NCBI RefSeq assembly: GCF_009914755.1
Contig: NC_060940.1
DNA: 64,000 bases
DNA from: the human T2T-CHM13v2.0 reference genome, Homo sapiens
Strand: one strand, 5' to 3'
In this document: positions 62,327-64,000 of the stretch, piece after piece
Numbering within the stretch: the first letter of the stretch is position 1
Layout: each line of letters opens with the position of its first letter
Notes under the pieces: generated by a model
Database searches by the model: none
What the model saw: the letters and a program-made list of their open reading frames with translations, nothing else
What the model was told of the DNA's origin: nothing
Position numbers and translations under genes: made by a program

Positions 62327-63060
62327 TGGCTCTGCAGACACTGCTGCTGCACCATGGTCAATCCCACTATGTTGGGGTTGACAGTGCGGTTGATGGTGGG
62401 CCCTTGTGTCTCCTTTGAGCTGTTTGCAGACAAGTTTCCAAAGACAGCAGAAAAATTTCGTGCTCTAAGCCCTGGAGAGGAAGGATTTGGTTATAAGGGT
62501 TCATGCTTTCACAGAATTATTCCAGGGTTTATGTGTCAAGGTGGTGACTTCACACTCCATAATGGCACTGGTGGCAACTCCATCTATGGAGAGAAATTAG
62601 ATGATGAGAACTTCATCCTAAAGCATATAGGTCCTGGCATCTGTTCCATGGCAAATACTGGACCCAGCACAAACGGTTTCTAGTTTTTCATCTGTACTGC
62701 CAAGACTGAGGGGTTGGATGGCAAGCATGTGGTCTTTGACAAGGTGAAAGAAGGCATGAATATTGTGGAGGCCATGGAGTGCTTTGGGTCCAGGAATGGC
62801 AAGACCAGCAAGAAGGTCACCATTGCTGACTGTGGACAAGTCTAATAAGTTTGACTTGTGTTTTATCTTAACCTCCAGACCATTCTATCTGTAGCTCAGG
62901 AGAGTACCCTCCATCCCATTTGCTCGCAGTATCCTATCATCTTTGTGCGCTCGCTGCAGTTCCCTTTGGGTTCCATGTTTTCCTTGTTCCCTTCCATGCC
63001 TGGCTGGATTGCAGAGTGAAGTTTATGATTATGAAATAAAAACTAAATAACAACAACAAA
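62327..63060 (+). pseudogene. Processed pseudogene (retrocopy) of PPIA / cyclophilin A
   Basis: Intronless PPIA-like CDS from ATG 62354 (MVNPT...[16 protein letters not shown]...); compensating frameshifts near codons 7-19; TAG at the Q111-equivalent (62681); W121 to G; PPIA 3'UTR, AATAAA 63035 and A-rich tail; TSD AAAAGC(A/C)TCTCC at 62315-62326 and 63061-63072 at a TT/AAAA site. Confidence 0.97.
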
Positions 63061-63494
63061 AAAAGCCTCTCCCAAAAGCAGGCTGTGTGTGTTGTGTCAT
63101 GTACATAGTGGTTTGGAGGGTGAACTGGTGGCAGCTGGTCTGGCTGGGAGGCTGTGGCAATTTTGGGGGCATGAATATAGGTAAGCCACCAACCAAAGTG
63201 GGGGTGTGGGATGGCAGAGAATAAACCCATCTCAGCCATTGACAGAAAGGAAATCAGAAATAAAGGACAAAGGGGAAGCAAGAGTCAGCAATGACCAAGG
63301 GTCTTTTAAGCTGGGAGGTCAGGAACAGGGAAGCCAGCAATGGCATTTTAGTTAGCAGGGATAGACACTGGTGTGAAAAAGTTGATGAGCTTAGATGTGA
63401 GTTTGGTTTAAAGTCATAGTAGGCCATGAAAGTGGAGCTGTCCACAGACAAGTCAAATCCTCAACCACATTCAGGTGAGAGAAGGCTGAATAAT

Positions 63495-63540
63495 TACTAC
63501 TACGACTGCTACTACTATTACTACTGCTGCTACTACAGTA
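63495..63540. repeat. Imperfect (TAC)n microsatellite followed by MIR fragments
   Basis: tactactacgactgctactactattactactgctgctactac. Confidence 0.8.
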
Positions 63541-64000
63541 CAATATTTCTAGAGGATTCGCTAAGTACTAGGCATTGTTCTAAGTGCTTTATGTATTAAC
63601 TGATCTAAACTTCCCAACATCACAATAGTATCCAGGTATTATTATCCCCATCTTACAGATCGCAAAAATGAGGCTCTAGAGAGATTATACTTGCCCATAG
63701 TCCCTGCTTACCATTGAATTTGATGGAAATTTGAACCCCAGGAAAGTCTGATGTATAGAAGTTTTTGGAAAGGTATAATGAATAAACTCATTGAAGAATG
63801 AGCAAAATAATGCTACTAGGAAATGCTTAGCATAGCATGTTTATATGTGCCAAGTACCTTGCATTTATTAACTCATTAAATCCTCATGATTACCCCTAGT
63901 GGTGATAATTGTTACTCACATTATGATACAAATGAGGGAATGAAGGCATACAGAGAGGAATACGTTGCCCAAGGTCACACGGCCAATGCATGGCAAAACC

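Noticed and set aside
62300-62353. N-terminal extension of the PPIA-like ORF
   Set aside because: Starts at GTG outside the TSD-bounded retrocopy; the true ATG is at 62354

Overview
Primate (human-like) genomic DNA, almost entirely intronic. Four GT-AG exons on the + strand (32671-32813, 46292-46395, 49096-49151, 54539-54733) splice into one open frame of 166 codons that I recognise as the central part of VAT1L (vesicle amine transport 1-like, MDR/quinone-oxidoreductase family; probably exons 4-7). The 56-nt exon is not correctly shown in the ORF track. A sense-strand processed PPIA (cyclophilin A) pseudogene with target-site duplications (TSDs) lies at 62327-63060. The rest is about 27 Alus, L1/L2/MIR fragments, MaLR/ERVL LTRs and DNA-transposon relics; nearly all ORF-track entries are repeat-derived or chance ORFs. 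I found no convincing new protein-coding system. The strongest leads are: (1) inverted Alus closely bracketing three exons totalling 303 nt that would circularise into a stop-free rolling-circle ORF with a strong Kozak ATG; (2) an Alu flanked by a ~170-185 bp TSD-like duplication; (3) a duplicated 150-bp element flanking the 195-nt exon, whose second copy looks like a poison exon; (4) several short local templated copies, some inverted; (5) a possible intronic poly(A) site donated by the retrocopy. Repeat names come from remembered consensus sequences, identities were estimated by eye, and repeat boundaries are approximate.
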